DNA from: Phoronis australis
Taxonomy: Eukaryota > Animalia > Phoronida
Length of the DNA stretch: 64,000 nt
Assembly (NCBI GenBank): GCA_002633005.1
Contig: NMRA01000240.1
Location: 364,021 to 428,020, forward strand
Direction of reading: 5' to 3'
This document shows, piece by piece, positions 12,400 through 25,667 of the stretch (position 1 is its first letter; each line of letters begins with the position of its first letter). The translations under genes were made by a program, and so were the position numbers. The notes under the pieces were generated by a model that saw only the letters and a program-made list of their open reading frames with translations, was not told the origin of the DNA and did no database searches.

Positions 12400-15300
12400 C
12401 CTTTATGAGAAGAATGTTAAATATTGAAATTACCAGAGACAATTTGATAAAATGTGGAATGTAAAGGTCAATGAGCCGTCAGTTTATGCTAAAGTTCCCT
12501 TCAATGTGACTTGTGTTTGTTCTTTATGAGCCACATGAAACAAATTCGCCAATGCACTGATATGTGAAAAAATGCGAAAGCATGCACGTTGCAAAAATCA
12601 CTGACTGACTTCTTGGCCCCAAAGAAAAACAAATCCTGCGAAATTAAAGTTACACTCGCTGTAAAATAATAGCATCTGAGTGAGACTTTAGTCCCTTAGA
12701 GGAAAAAAAACGTGTATTAGAGCACATCCTTGCCCGCACATCGACTTTCTAAAGTGGTTGCTGGAACAGGACAAGCATGTATCGATTGATGACATTTTGA
12801 AAAAAGAACGCCAACTGGAGACTAACTTGGTAAACATAGAACATCTACAAGACAGATAAACAACAAACACACAGACAATAGCAGGCATGATGCCCAAATC
12901 TGTGTGCAAATGCTGCGATCTGGATCAAGTGCGTGGTCTAGAACACTACCCCACCCGACACTCCACATGCATCAGTTGTAGCAAAGCTGGTCATAGAGCC
13001 AAACTTTGCCTCAATAAAACATAATCAGGAGACCGAAATCAACGACTGGGCAGTATTTTAACAAAACCAAAGGTCAAAATGGAAGCGGGTCAATCAATCG
13101 CACACCGCCAACAAAAATCTCGTAAGAACACGCAACAACGAGGTCGCAAAGGTCTAGGCTATGTCAACGTAGCCTAGATAGCGACACTGACTTTGACACG
13201 CATGAGTATTCCATGATGCTGACCAATAGCTTTGGCAAACGGCAGCAGTAACGCACCCGTGCGCTTGTCAAAATTCCCCGGGGCGGAGGTCAACACTCTT
13301 CCGCTGAGAGTATTCCAGATATTTCCTAACATGTTAAACACGGTGGGTCAGCCTGACTCGAGCGTTGTCAAGCCCATCGAGGGAACCATACTCAAAACCT
13401 TTAACGAAGCACCGAAACTATACGTTACGATACTGTAGTGCGATTTCGACGAAAGATGGGAAATGACGAAGTTCTATACTGTTGACGTCAAAGGAGCTGC
13501 TAAACTCGGACTTCTAAAGTCGGAGAAACTAGCTATCGTCAAGCTTCATCAATACGTACAGCCCGTTACCTCCGAGACGCAGCCAAGTGAAAGTGCACCG
13601 GGAAGCCCGCCGGTATGTGACCTACAGAACTTATATCAAGGCAGTTAGATTAAACAGGTAACAGGCTACCTGGCGAAGCAAAACTGTATCTCAAGAGCGA
13701 CGCCGACCCGTCGCGAAAGTACTCTATCCACATGATAAATAAGCTGCGTTCTGAATCAGAGCGCATGGTATCATAACCAACGATACCGAATATTCAGACT
13801 GGTGTAGCAGCATCACGATAAATGCCAAAAGTGATGGATTTTTGAGGGTTTGTCTTGACCTCCGTAAGCTTAACGACGCTTTATTAATCTCATGAATGTT
13901 GCAAAACCAAACGGACTGGTATTCAACAGTACCAAATGTCTTGTCAAACAGCAGCAATTCAACTTCTTCGGTAGGCTTGATACAGCGACTGGCATGAAGC
14001 CTAATCCTCGGAAAGAAAAGACATCATGGCCATGGCACAGCCCATGAACAAGACAGAACTGCAAAGATTTTTTGGGTCCATTCATCCGTAACTTGTCGGC
14101 ACAGGCCGAACCGCTGCGTTACTGGTTACACAATGACATACCGTTTGAATGTCCCAAGACTACCAACATATTTAAGATAATCCCAAATCTTTAGTCACCG
14201 ATGAAGCATGTCTAAAGTACTGTGTTAGTAAAGTAACGATCTACCTAATGGTAGACACAAGCTTGAAGGGCCTCGGAGCTGCGTTACTGGAACCTGACCG
14301 CCTCGATAGCGGACTTCTCAGCAAGCAAGTCCGGTCAGTGGCATACGCCAGCAAGTCATTAACTCCAGACGTTATGCGAATACTCGCTCAAGCATTTAGC
14401 ATTAAAAGACATCACACTTACCTAAATAACCGGCTGATCACCGTCCCCTTGAAATGGCATGTGTTAAAGTCGATCGCTGCAGCTGCGGACGTCTTCAGGC
14501 CATGCTGTTTCGCATCCAGGGATACAACTACAAGGTCCAAAACGTACCTAGTAAAGACACTGGACTGGTGGACGCCCTCAGTAGACTTCCTAACCCAGAC
14601 AGCCGCTTTGACGTGCTAGACGTGGACGTGCGTATACTACAATTCAACTACACGAAAATACAAGATATTCAGGCAGTAACGTCCAAAGACCCCGCTCTCA
14701 ACGTGCTGAAAGGTATAGTTGTGACAGGATGACCAGAACGTATCAAAAAGTTGCCGACAGACATTAGACAATTTTGGTCCTATAGGGATGAACTCAGAGT
14801 TGACAGCGGCATCATCATGAAAGGTGAACACCTGTTTATACCGGAGCCGTTGCGTTCACACATGCTACAGAACTTGCACTCTGGGTACATGGATATAGTC
14901 AAGACCCAATTACGCGCCGAGAGATGAGACGTGTATTGGCCCAAGATAAATTCTGACACTGAGGCTATGTGCAAGTCGTGTGAAGTAGGTCAAGAACATC
15001 AGCCTCATCAACAGTCAGAATCCTTAACGCAAACAGAAATACCAACACGTCCCTGGAGTGTCATCGGCACCAATCCTTTCTAAATGAAGCAATAGCAGTT
15101 TCTGATAATCGCGGATTACTACACGAAATTCCCAATTGTAGAACAGGTGCAATATCAGTTACTTCAGATGCCGTCGCCTCAGTGACCAAGAAGTATTGAA
15201 GCATGCTGGGAATTCCGGATACCATACGTTCCGACAACGGACCTCAGTTTGTCGGAGAAGCTTACAGATCTTTTGTGAGAACCTGGAAGATCCAACATAC

Positions 15301-16145
15301 CACGTCGTCACCACGGCATCCGCAGTCCAACGGATTTGTTGAGAGGCAGATAAGTACAATCAAGCGGGCTATGAAGAAAGTCATACAGTCCGTCGATGAC
15401 GCAGAGCTAGCTCTGCTGCGATTGAAAACTATTCCCATCGACACGCAACAGCCGAGTAAATAGTCCGTGAGAGCTGCTATTCAATCGCCGTATCAAGGAC
15501 ACCCTCCCCTGCAAAATAGCCAATAACTTGTCAGATGCCGACGACATTAAGTCCGCGTTGACTTCACGACAAACCACGCAAAAGGACAACCACGACAAAT
15601 CAGCGCAGGATCTACCATTTGTCAACGCGTAACCGTTCAGACCCAGCAAGGTCCGTGGATTCCCGCCACTGTCGTAGCCCATTGTGCCGGACCGAGAGTT
15701 ACGTAATGCAAACGCCTCAGGGACAACAACTACGGCGGAACCGAATTCCAATTACAGCTGTCCGCCAGAAACTCTTCACACCTGTTGTTCCGACAACACA
15801 GTGTGTTCAAGTACGATCTTCAGTCGAGCCAGTGAAGACTCGTGTTGACCAAGACACTACGTCAATTTCTCTAAAGTTCACCAAAAGCGGAAGAGAAGTC
15901 AGACGACCGTCACGTTGCTCAGATTAGAGCACTCATAAGGTTTAAGGACTGCAGCTCTCGCATAGCGTTAGCGTTTAATTTTCTTTTTGTTACTGTCAAA
16001 GTAGCTGTATGGTTTACGGTGTGCTATTACGTCGTGTGTTCTCCTCCTCCCCTTTCTATATCTGTTTAAACGAGAGGGGGGGTGTTGCGTGATTAGGTTG
16101 AGTAGAAATAAATAAGTAGTTCCACACAAAAACACCATTGTTACA
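12400..16145 (+). mobile_element. Degenerate Ty3/Gypsy LTR retrotransposon (gag-PR-RT-RH-IN)
   Basis: Zn knuckle CISCSKAGHRAKLC (~12970-13010), protease-like PGAEVNTLP (~13280), RT LRVCLD (~13850), RNase H VDTSLKGLGAALL...VAYASKSLT and VDALSR, integrase GIPDTIRSDNGPQF...TSSPRHPQSNGFVER, terminal TKSGREVRRP, polypurine tract GAGAGGGGGGG followed by TGTTG at 16083. Many stops and frameshifts; no matching 5' LTR seen. Confidence 0.92.
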
Positions 16146-16699
16146 TAATATTCGTCGACACTTTGTTCATTAAATGCTCCACAAAACTAAAAGTTGATGC
16201 TGAGTAGGCTTTTAAGAGAAAAATTCCGAATCAGCACCCCATTATCTGAACACGAGAATTGGTAACACCAAATAAATACCCATTTACGGAAAATACCAGT
16301 ACGAAGTTGGACGTTACATCGCCTACGACGTTGTGATTTGAAAGACAAACTAACACTTAATCAAAAACTTTCAGAGCCCTGGCACTGAACCTGTGCGAAA
16401 CCCAATCCAACGACATCGAGCAAGTCACAAGCTCAATTAACCAAATAACTCATGGTGAACGCCGCACTCTATCCAACGAATTTGTTTCTAAATGAAGAGC
16501 TCTAGCCGGAACATAAAATTTAACAGACAGAGATCTAATAACACCCCAAGTCCAAATCATACCATTTTTGAGGTGGAACTTTCTCATACTCCGGTTGTTC
16601 TTGCACAGCTAAGAGTCCAACTTGTGGCGAAAGTAAACACGTTGCAAACGTGTGCCACTCTACAATACAGGATGTTCGCCAAGTCTCCATGAACAACAT

Positions 16700-18420
16700 A
16701 CCTGCTGAGCCAGCGTATGATTATTCTTCCTATGAATGGCTGTTCACCAGGACTCACTACATTCCTCAGCACGGCGGAATTGCAACGAAATTATCTTCCT
16801 CGTAGCATGTACCTTTCTTGGCTGCACGACTCTACTGCACATTCCCAACTCTCTTCCATGGCTAGATGGGGAAAATGAAGGACTTCTCCACCTGGGCAAA
16901 ACAATGCAGTCGTAACCGTACGAAAAGATGTTGAGGCAGAGCTCGAGAGACTTGAAAGGCTCCACATCATCGCTCTAAAGAAGAATAATAGCAATGTAAG
17001 AGTTTGAATTCACACGTAAGCTGCAAAACAATCAAGCGAGCGAGTACAACAACCATTTCAACAGTTGGTGACATTATCGCCAACATGAATTCACTCATCA
17101 ACAGTATCCAGCAAACTCGACACAATTAACAAATGCTTATCAACAGCTACAATTATGTGAAAGCAGTGGATACATCACCACATTTTCAACTCACACTCGA
17201 CTTCGGCGGTCAAGCTTCTCCTTTTCGATGTGAACGCTGCCTCTGAAATCTTCCAGAGCACGCTTTCAACCCAACTACAAGGCATTTCTGGTGTGAGAAA
17301 CACGTCAAATGACATCGCCGTGCATGGCTGCACACTACAAAGACTGTGGTGTGAGGTTGGACAAAAACAAGTGCACATTCTCAGTCAGCAAACTCGGCAA
17401 GAACGGCGTTTTACCAGATACTGAGAAAAGTCGAACCATTACCGACGCTTTGCAACACCGAGGAATGTATCTACGACAAGCTCTTTTCTTGACATGACAT
17501 AGTACATGTCACGTTTCATTCCTCGATATGCGTCAGTAACAGAAACCACTCGTAGACTTACCAAGAGCAACGCACCATGGCAATTATCCAAAGACCACCA
17601 TACTACATTTGAGAAATTCAAACAGGTACTCAAACAAGCCTCAGTGATGGCTCATTTTTGACCTCTCCCAGAAGACCACTATCATGGTTGATACTTTTTC
17701 TATAGGCTTAGGCGCAATAGTCACCTAGGATGACAAAGTGACTTGCTAGTCGTGCTCTCACTGAGAATGTCACTCCCAGACTGATAAAAAATATCGAGGC
17801 TCTTGAACGGAGTAGAGCACTTCCACGCATACTTGTACAATTCACCGTTCAAAGTTTCTACCAACAGATCAAAAACCCCTCATTGATATAGTGACTAGGC
17901 AGAAAACAACAACAGCTGGCAACGAAGAGTAAAGACTTAGACTGATGCCGCACGACTTCGATCTTGTTTGCCACCCAGCCAAATTGAAGACTAGACTGCA
18001 TAAGCAGACATCTTCAGACCGTACCTGCTCAAGGGTACAAAGGTGAACTAGTGATGTCTGTGTTATGAGTTCATGGTGTATAACGAACTAGTGTTGCGGA
18101 GATTCCTTTACAACAGAGAGACATTGATATTGCCCGCCAGTCACGCAAGGGAATTGTGAAGGCAAAACACTGGTTTCCTGGGATAGGCTGTTCAGTGATG
18201 CTCTGTATTTTCCGCCAAGCATCGTATCCTAGTTCGATCTATAGAGACTCAGTTTCCAACTCCCATGCCGCCGATAACTTTGCTGGACCATTTCTATCTG
18301 GAGAGTATCTCATAGTTTGTTGTAGCTGACAAATATGAACGCTACCCTGAGGTAGAGGTAGTGGCGACAACTTCTGAAAGAGATTTACTGGCAAGGCTTG
18401 GCACCATCTTTCCACAGATT
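16700..18420 (+). mobile_element. Second, more decayed Gypsy pol fragment
   Basis: AYQQLQLCESSGYITTFSTH...VNAASEIFQ...LQGISGVRNTSNDIAVHG (mutated xxDD box), LDKNKCTF, SRFIPRYA, RNase H IGLGAIV and VEHFHAYLY, integrase FAGPFLSGEYLIV...RYPEVEVV. Confidence 0.85.
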
Positions 18421-19725
18421 CTTAATTAGCAATTTCTGACAGAAACTGTGGCATCAGAAAAAAATATAAATGGCCCGTCACAGAATTGGCTGAAATTTTA
18501 CCACTGCATTCATATCCGCCTAAAGCGACACCTAACACCATAATACACTCATTGACCTCCCCGTCTAGTTTTTACGCACCCCTGAAATTTCTACTTGAAA
18601 CGTATAAAAATTTTACCTTAAGAATGACCTCTTGTTAACAGCACTAGGAACTGATATTCGATTCTAAGTAGGCAAGTATAATATTCATATAATTTTCAAA
18701 GCCTTGATGTGACGGCACTCATTTTGTCGAACCGCCAAATTAAATTACCCAAAATCCAACTAAGTTATTAATATGGATATAACAAGTTGTGAAAATGACC
18801 CTTGAAACTTGTAGACAATGAATAAAAGTTACAGCAATAAAGGTCAAAAGTTTGGTCTTTTTGATTTCATGCATAGAAGAAATTCAACTGAAAACGCGCC
18901 TTATTGGTTGCCAAGTGTCAGGTATAAGTTACCAAAAAGGTCATCAAAACCATCGACGAGAAAATGCTTAAAAGATTTTTTGGGATGAGTAACCCTAAAA
19001 TTGCGACACTGAAAATGGCGTACTTGTATACTGGATGTGACTAGAGCAGTCAACTCATTCGGTTACAATCCACGATGAGTAAAGTTCTTAAAACCGAGAG
19101 CGCATTGGTTCAGAGTTCAACATCGATAACTTATACCAGTGAATTATATGCCTCTTTTACCAGGGGCACAATATGTGCCATTATAATGTGACGTCGTATT
19201 GACACATTCTACACATATCGCCCTCTAGGGTACGAAAATATGAGACGGGTAATACATGGTTTGAGCGATCAGCACACGTCAACGTTGATGGCACATATTG
19301 TCGCAATTGGCACGTTATGTCATGCATTGTTTCAAGTGCTACCAAATAGATCACAACAGGGTGCACTCACTCAGTGGCATCTCTAGAGGATGTTTCATGA
19401 AAAACGATTTAAAGTGCTTAGAACCATTGATTATGTTTTGGCAAGTGACTACATTGTCAGCATCCTTAACAATGCCGTTATAGCAAAAGCATAACACCAC
19501 CGTGAACTCGATGCCACAAAACGAGAAAATAAAAGAAAAGCGGCTTAAATTGAAAGCTTCTTATCTGCAAGCACATGGGCATAACTTATGAACGTAGCCA
19601 GTGCTAGTGCGTCATGTCTACCAGCACGTGACTTTCTGCACAGACTTGTGCCATATCTGCCCTTCTCCGATGACCCGCGGAAAGTGGAAAGAGTCGCAAC
19701 TTGGTCAAATATTGTGTTGTTACAA

Positions 19726-20369
19726 CAGTGGCGGATCTAGGATATCACAAGGGGGGGCCCAACATTTTGTCCGGCTGTAAGCATTTGCGCAAACTGAAAC
19801 ACGATTGTAGATGCGCATAGCACCGAATGGGGGTTTGACCCCCTCCCGCCCAGGAAATTTTTCTGTTTTCACCTCTAAAAATCAAGCATTTTCCTTGATT
19901 CCTGAAGTATTATCCAAGAAAAAAGGCAAAAAAAACACGGAGAACGTGTCAAACAGGAAAAACTGCAAATACCAAGAGTATTGCGAGTTTCTGAGGGATT
20001 CACTAAGGCTACGATTAAAATTCACATCTTACCAGCAGCTTCTGTTTTTTCATCGTCACTCCGGTTCCATTTTCTTTAAAAAATGAAGTAAATTTTCTTC
20101 ATTGCACAGTGGAGAAGACGACGGAAACGGAGTCGTAGTCAGTGCGCAGCGCCACTGCCGGTCGCCTGGAATATCGCGAGAGAGCCTATACTTAGCCACA
20201 GTTCCGTTACGAATGCGCTGTGTTCCGAATTTGACACTTGAAATTTGATTTGNACCAGGGTTAATTAATAAGCTCAACACTTCCCTACGCTCTTACTGTT
20301 TTATTTTTTGCGGCAGCCAAGGGGGGGGGGGGCCGGGCCCCCTAGGCCTCCCCCCTAAATCCGCCTATG
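19726..20369. mobile_element. MITE (non-autonomous TIR element), 644 bp, 5-bp TSD
   Basis: Ends CAGTGGCGGATCTAG / CTAAATCCGCCTATG (12/15 inverted match), flanked by TACAA on both sides. Contains an N at 20253. Confidence 0.78.
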
Positions 20370-20985
20370 TACAACCAACGCAAACGCAGCGCCTCAATAT
20401 TTTTACATACAGAATCCTACACTAGTCTCAGCTATGGGTTTACCCATGTCATGAACCTTAGACAAGTGTAGAATTTATTTTCTTACATGAATCGTAAAAA
20501 CAATTGTTTTTGCCGAAATACTCGACGTGTTTCAAACATTCAACCGCAAGACACGCTTGTGTAAGGTAAAGTAAACAAGGTTTCTTTTTGCTATAGTTTT
20601 CTTTTAAACTTAACAATTGTAAATTCCATTCAGCTTCCGAAACAAATTAATGTTCAAATTAGAATCTAATAAATAGTCTTTGAAGATGTAATATTAAAAC
20701 TGAACAGCTATTTATGATTAGCAGTAAACAGGGCTTCCCCATGCGTGAGCACTGAATTGAGAGAGCAGAGCTACATAGCCTCACCGCGGCGCTTCTTGAG
20801 TTGGGGTTCGTCTCCGAATGAAAGTGGATATGGAGTTTGCCGTCGAAGATGGGTCCCTTTAAGAAGTTCTTAGCATGTCATTCCGACTTGGAGTACGTAC
20901 AGTTGCGACATCTGATTTGTCAATCATAACTTTGTCACCTTCGTGGAATTCCGGCACGGAGCGCGTTTGGTTGTTGGTACCGGGG

Positions 20986-21368
20986 TTTCCCGTAGATAAG
21001 CCCACCAGAGGAAACGCCCATGGGCGTTTATTCGGAAAATTATGACAAATAAGGTGTCCAGACAGTGGGACGTTTATTAGGAAATTTTCTCCTAAAAGTC
21101 CACTCAGCGTCAACTTTTTGTCACAAATTCAGTTTTGTGGAGCATTTATCACTTAAAAAACGAACAAGGTGTTGACGAACTATGCATTTATTAACCAAAC
21201 ATTTAAAAACGCAGTTTAATTAAAATAGTGTCAAGTCAAACAAAACTATGGCTTTCCGTTTACGCGCCCTCTTTTCCGAATCAATGCCTGGGCGTTTATT
21301 TGGTGTTGCTAAAACGCCTGAAAATTTTCATTTTACGAGTACACGCCCATGGGCTTATCTACGGAAAT
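20986..21368. mobile_element. Small degenerate MITE
   Basis: Inverted ends TTTCCCGTAGATAAGCCCA / TGGGCTTATCTACGGAAA with internal ACGCCCATGGGC subrepeats. No clear TSD. Confidence 0.6.
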
Positions 21369-22443
21369 TAGTGTTTTGCAGACGATAAAATGTAAGGCGT
21401 ATGGATTTCTACTTTGCACTACTTTGTGATTCGCCCGTTTAACATTAAAAAATTACGTTCTTGGTGTTCATAACCAGTCGTGTTGTAACACATTCTAGTT
21501 CATGTGAGAATATACCATTAACAAAGGGAAAACGAGGAGCAATACCTGGTGAGTTTTCACAATATACACAATGGAGGACGACTGATGTTGTGATTGGTTT
21601 TCCCAATCCTACGTAGTATGTATTAACCGATAATTGCACATAACACGAGACCAGCTAATCAAAATACCTTCAGAAAGTGTTTGCGGATAGGTTAATACAT
21701 GTATGACAGCTGATTGACTGGTGGTGTTGTTTCGTGGTGCTTTTGTTATGACAGTGGTCACTTTAATGACTTAGACGTTAAGTCAGAAATTTGGTCTTAA
21801 ACCAGTAATTCTGAAAAAATAATTAAGTCGCACTTGTGCAAAATTCGAAAAATTCTTTGAATACACACCCTGCTGTTGGTTGCCGTGATAATTTCCATAA
21901 ATTGTTTCCACAATGTGATGCGCTCGTAACAACTTGTCTTATTGTTTTTGAGAAATTTTGCAGTGGGAGGCCAAGATCAAATTCCTATCAAAAGTCTTAA
22001 GTCACTTTCGTGAAATACAGTAGATCGCAGTATTTTTACAAATGAATTCCACAGGCCTTGACAAAATTCTTCCAGATTCTGGCAACCTTGGACGAACTTC
22101 TTGCTATATTTATTAGCATTTTTCGCAATTAAAATGTGAGGCTATCATGTCTAACTAATATGCCATAGTTCAATCATCTCTAGGATGCCTAGAAAATCAC
22201 TTCCCTGTCTACTTTTGGGGAGCAATAAAATTTTGATGGTTTTAGTGTCATTAAGTGATAAATTTTAAGAATCTAAGAAGTTCCCAAGCTTAGACTTGCA
22301 AATTTTTAAGAAATTCTACTTAGAATTTTGACATCTTGCAACTTTGGCCGACTGAAAACCATTCTTTAAAAACCTAAAACACTGAGCAAAAACAATCATG
22401 GTTAGTAAGCGTAAAGATGATTTCATATCTGATCAAACAGTTA

Positions 22444-23460
22444 TAGATCGGCAGCCCAGAGCACTTAGCATAGATGAACGAGGTACCAACATCTGACCAC
22501 GGGAGCATTTAAAGTCCACCTCAGTATGTACAGAAATGGACGTCTGCCGTTGTCTGCACTCTGGGTGTGACCCCTGGGGGCCTTACAAAGATCCCAAAAA
22601 ATGAGCTAGACTAGATATTCGATGTACCAACCAAAACTGATTTAAAACGAATAATAGTACGGCACTGAACACCGAATGACCCATGGCAGACAAATTGCAC
22701 TCTGGAATAGGTCCGGCAGAAACCAAAAAAGGACCCCCCAAAAATGAGCTAGCACATACATTCGAGGTACCACACAAAACCAATTCCATGTGATTCAATA
22801 CATGTCACAGATCACTAAAACCCCTATGACAGACAAAATACACTCTGGGTTGTGCCCGGCAGAAACCCCCAAAAATCTCAACCATGGTATGCCATCAAAA
22901 ATTTGAGCTAGACTAGATTTTCGAGGTACCGGCCAAAACTGATTTTAAACGAACAATAGTACCGCACTGAACACCAAATGACCCATGACAGACAAATTGC
23001 ACTCTGGAATCGGTCCAGCAGAAACCAAAAAAGGACCACCCCCCCCAAAAAAATGAACTAGCACATACATTTGAGGTACCACACAAAACCAATTCCATGA
23101 GGTTCAATACATGTCACAGGTCACTAAATGCCCTATGACAGACAAAATATACTCTGGATTGTGCCTCGAAGAAACCCTCAAAAATCTCAACCACAATATA
23201 TGCTATCAAAACTTTGAGGTACATTAGATACCCGAGGTACCGGCTAAAACTGACTTAAAACCAATAATCCACAAGATAACCATGACAGACAACAAATTGT
23301 GCTCTAGAAGGCGTTCGCCAGAAACTCAATTACACCGTAAAAGAAGCTGGGTCATCATTCGGGGTGCCATAATAAACAATTTCATGTGATTCAAACAGAT
23401 GTTACTGGTTACCAATAACGCTACGACGGTTAAAACCCAGTGTGAGTTGTGCTCGCCAGC
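22444..23460. repeat. Left inverted arm: ~140-bp unique tip plus tandem ~300-bp units built from two ~150-bp related halves
   Basis: GAGCTAG...TCGAGGTACC...CCATGACAGACAAA...CACTCTGG...CAGAAACC recurs about every 150 bp and degenerates inward. Confidence 0.88.
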
Positions 23461-23983
23461 CCCAGAAATCTCAGCTACCGGTCAGTAATTTTGAATATAT
23501 ATGACATATTAGATAATGAGTTAATACTTTTGCGTCTACTGAGCTCTCACACTCGATTTCAAATGGATGATGGCGGAGAGTAAGCATTTTGGAAAGTACC
23601 TGATAACAATAAAACTTTGGGATACCAGGAACTGTCTAAAACCAACCCACTTAGTGAAGTTTAAGAACGCAGATTGTGTAAAATATAAAACGCTATCAAA
23701 ACTGCCAGCAGAAAGGATACGTCAGCGACAACACATGGCCCCTAAATTTGTGCTAGATCTAGGAACCACGAAAATTATTTTCAAGGAGCCCTTTCATCTC
23801 ATTGATTACTAAACAATACGTTGAAAGAAAAGTAACAGACGTGTTTTTAAAAACCTTCTTTAATCAAAATAAACTACACGAAATAGCGCAACACTTTCAG
23901 ACAGCATAGTAACAGATAGTCAAAATCACTGCATCAAGCTACATACTATATGTTTAATGTCAACAGTAGTTTCCTGTGAGTTT

Positions 23984-24903
23984 TTAATACGTTTCAATAT
24001 CAGATTCGTCACTGCTACTCCAGCTTGATTCAGGCTCGCTTGTTTCGTCATAGCCCATTTCCTTTACCTCTTGATCGGCTTGGTTTTCTTGTAAAAGACC
24101 AGCACCTTCAAAAAGGACATCAGGAACGGCAGATCCACAGAACTATTCGGGAGTATAGTATCCATCTTGTACCTTCCAACCGTAGGTAAGAGGATCCAAA
24201 CCGTTTCCCGGATCGGCCGAATCCACTTGGTCTCAGAGCAAGGCAACATAATGGGCTCGTTTGAGCTTGTTCAATAGTGTCTATCGGCAAGGAGGAAACA
24301 ATCCGCAGTCAATCTTCTTGATGTTGGACAACGGAGAAAATTTTATAGACGAGGGACCAATTGTCTAAACATTAAACGAACAAAAACATAAAACCCATGC
24401 GCGCACCCAGCCTCTAGCTTTGGGGGGCTCGAATTTCGAACCAAGTGGACCTTTTGCTAACAGAAAAGCTAGAGGACCAAAAAAAACGGGGTACCACCTT
24501 CAGTACTGTGAACTGTGCGTCTGCGACTTTTTAGTGCCAGGACTTTTGTCGCGTTTCCACGGACTGTTTGTTTCTCTGAGGCGGACCTTTTTGCCCACTT
24601 CGCCAAATGGAGGGGCTCGTTCGAGCCCCCCTGGGTGTGCGCATGAAATCTCACCACCATTTACTGATTTTTGACGTGAAGCTGGGCATTTTGGTTTAAC
24701 ACTATGAAACATTTGAAATTATTTTCGTTGCTTTTATGAACTATATTTTATCAATTACAGTTATTACCTTGTTCATTTTTCCGGTCATCTCTATTAATTT
24801 CAGATATCGGCGCTTCATTGACATCTTTGACTCCTCCCTTTATTAAATAGGAGGCATATGTCTTCTAACTTTCTTCCGTCTGGGACATCTACGCTTATTA
24901 ACT
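23984..24903 (-). pseudogene. Last two pseudo-exons (24768-24903, 23984-24364) of an Academ-like transposase
   Basis: RKLEDICLLFNK..VKDVNEARYLKL..K/GTAA, then TTTAG/TIGP..LSNIKKIDCGLFPPCR*TLLNKLKRAHYVALL*...DPLTYGWKVQDGYYTPE*FCGSAVP and an acidic tail. The VNEAR, PPC..L..KRAxY and GW..P motifs resemble the XPG-like C-terminal region of Academ proteins. Internal stops and a frameshift are present. Confidence 0.68.
24396..24645. mobile_element. 250-bp MITE inserted in the intron of the Academ transposase remnant
   Basis: TIRs CATGCGCGCACCCAG / CTGGGTGTGCGCATG. Flanks AAACC / AAATC (5-bp TSD with one mismatch). Confidence 0.75.
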
Positions 24904-25667
24904 CTGAGAAGAAGCTGATAAGTGTCCCAAATGAGTCTTTCATCAGGAAATAAGAGTGTAAAAATAACATAAAGATCAAATAATAATCTCTGGAAAGATG
25001 GGCAATAAAAAGCGCCAGCATATTTCACTCGTTAAATATATTTATGCGAGAATATGGGCTCGTCCCTCTTATACCCCCATCTTTCGGACTGGTCCAATAA
25101 CTCCTTGTGTAGATTCGCATGCGGTCCTCCTGCACTCGAGGCACTAGGACATTCCATTTCCAGCCTCACTTTTGGTTCGTTTGTATTACGGCCACGAGTT
25201 TGGTCAGCTCCTGGCTCCCTATAGGCTGATGATTTTCACGTGTCATAGGGCTCCTTTGTTCTCAAGAAAGTTATATTTCCTGCCATCAGTACTTCGCTTT
25301 GCAGCACTTAGGTTCGAGCTAATCTCTCTTCATTTCTTCGTTGCACTGTGTGCCTTATCTTCCCCTCCCCGTGCCTACTTTTCAGTTTTTCTCCTCCCTC
25401 CCCTTGGGGATCCCTGTTTTTCTGTCCATGTACCTTGGGTCCCCCTTTTCGGGCTTCCTCTACGTCTCTCCCCATGTGCCCCCGTTTCCCACCCCTTACT
25501 TGGGGTTTTGTTCTTACCTGTCCTTCCTTCCCCGCTATCTTTCTCCCTTATGCATCCCACGTTTTCCTCGATTGTGTTCCACCTCTAAGGTTCGGCCACC
25601 CCTTCCCGGGGCGGTCGTTCCCCTTTTTTGCATCAGTCTCTCTGCCGCTCCGTTTTTTCTTTTTCAG

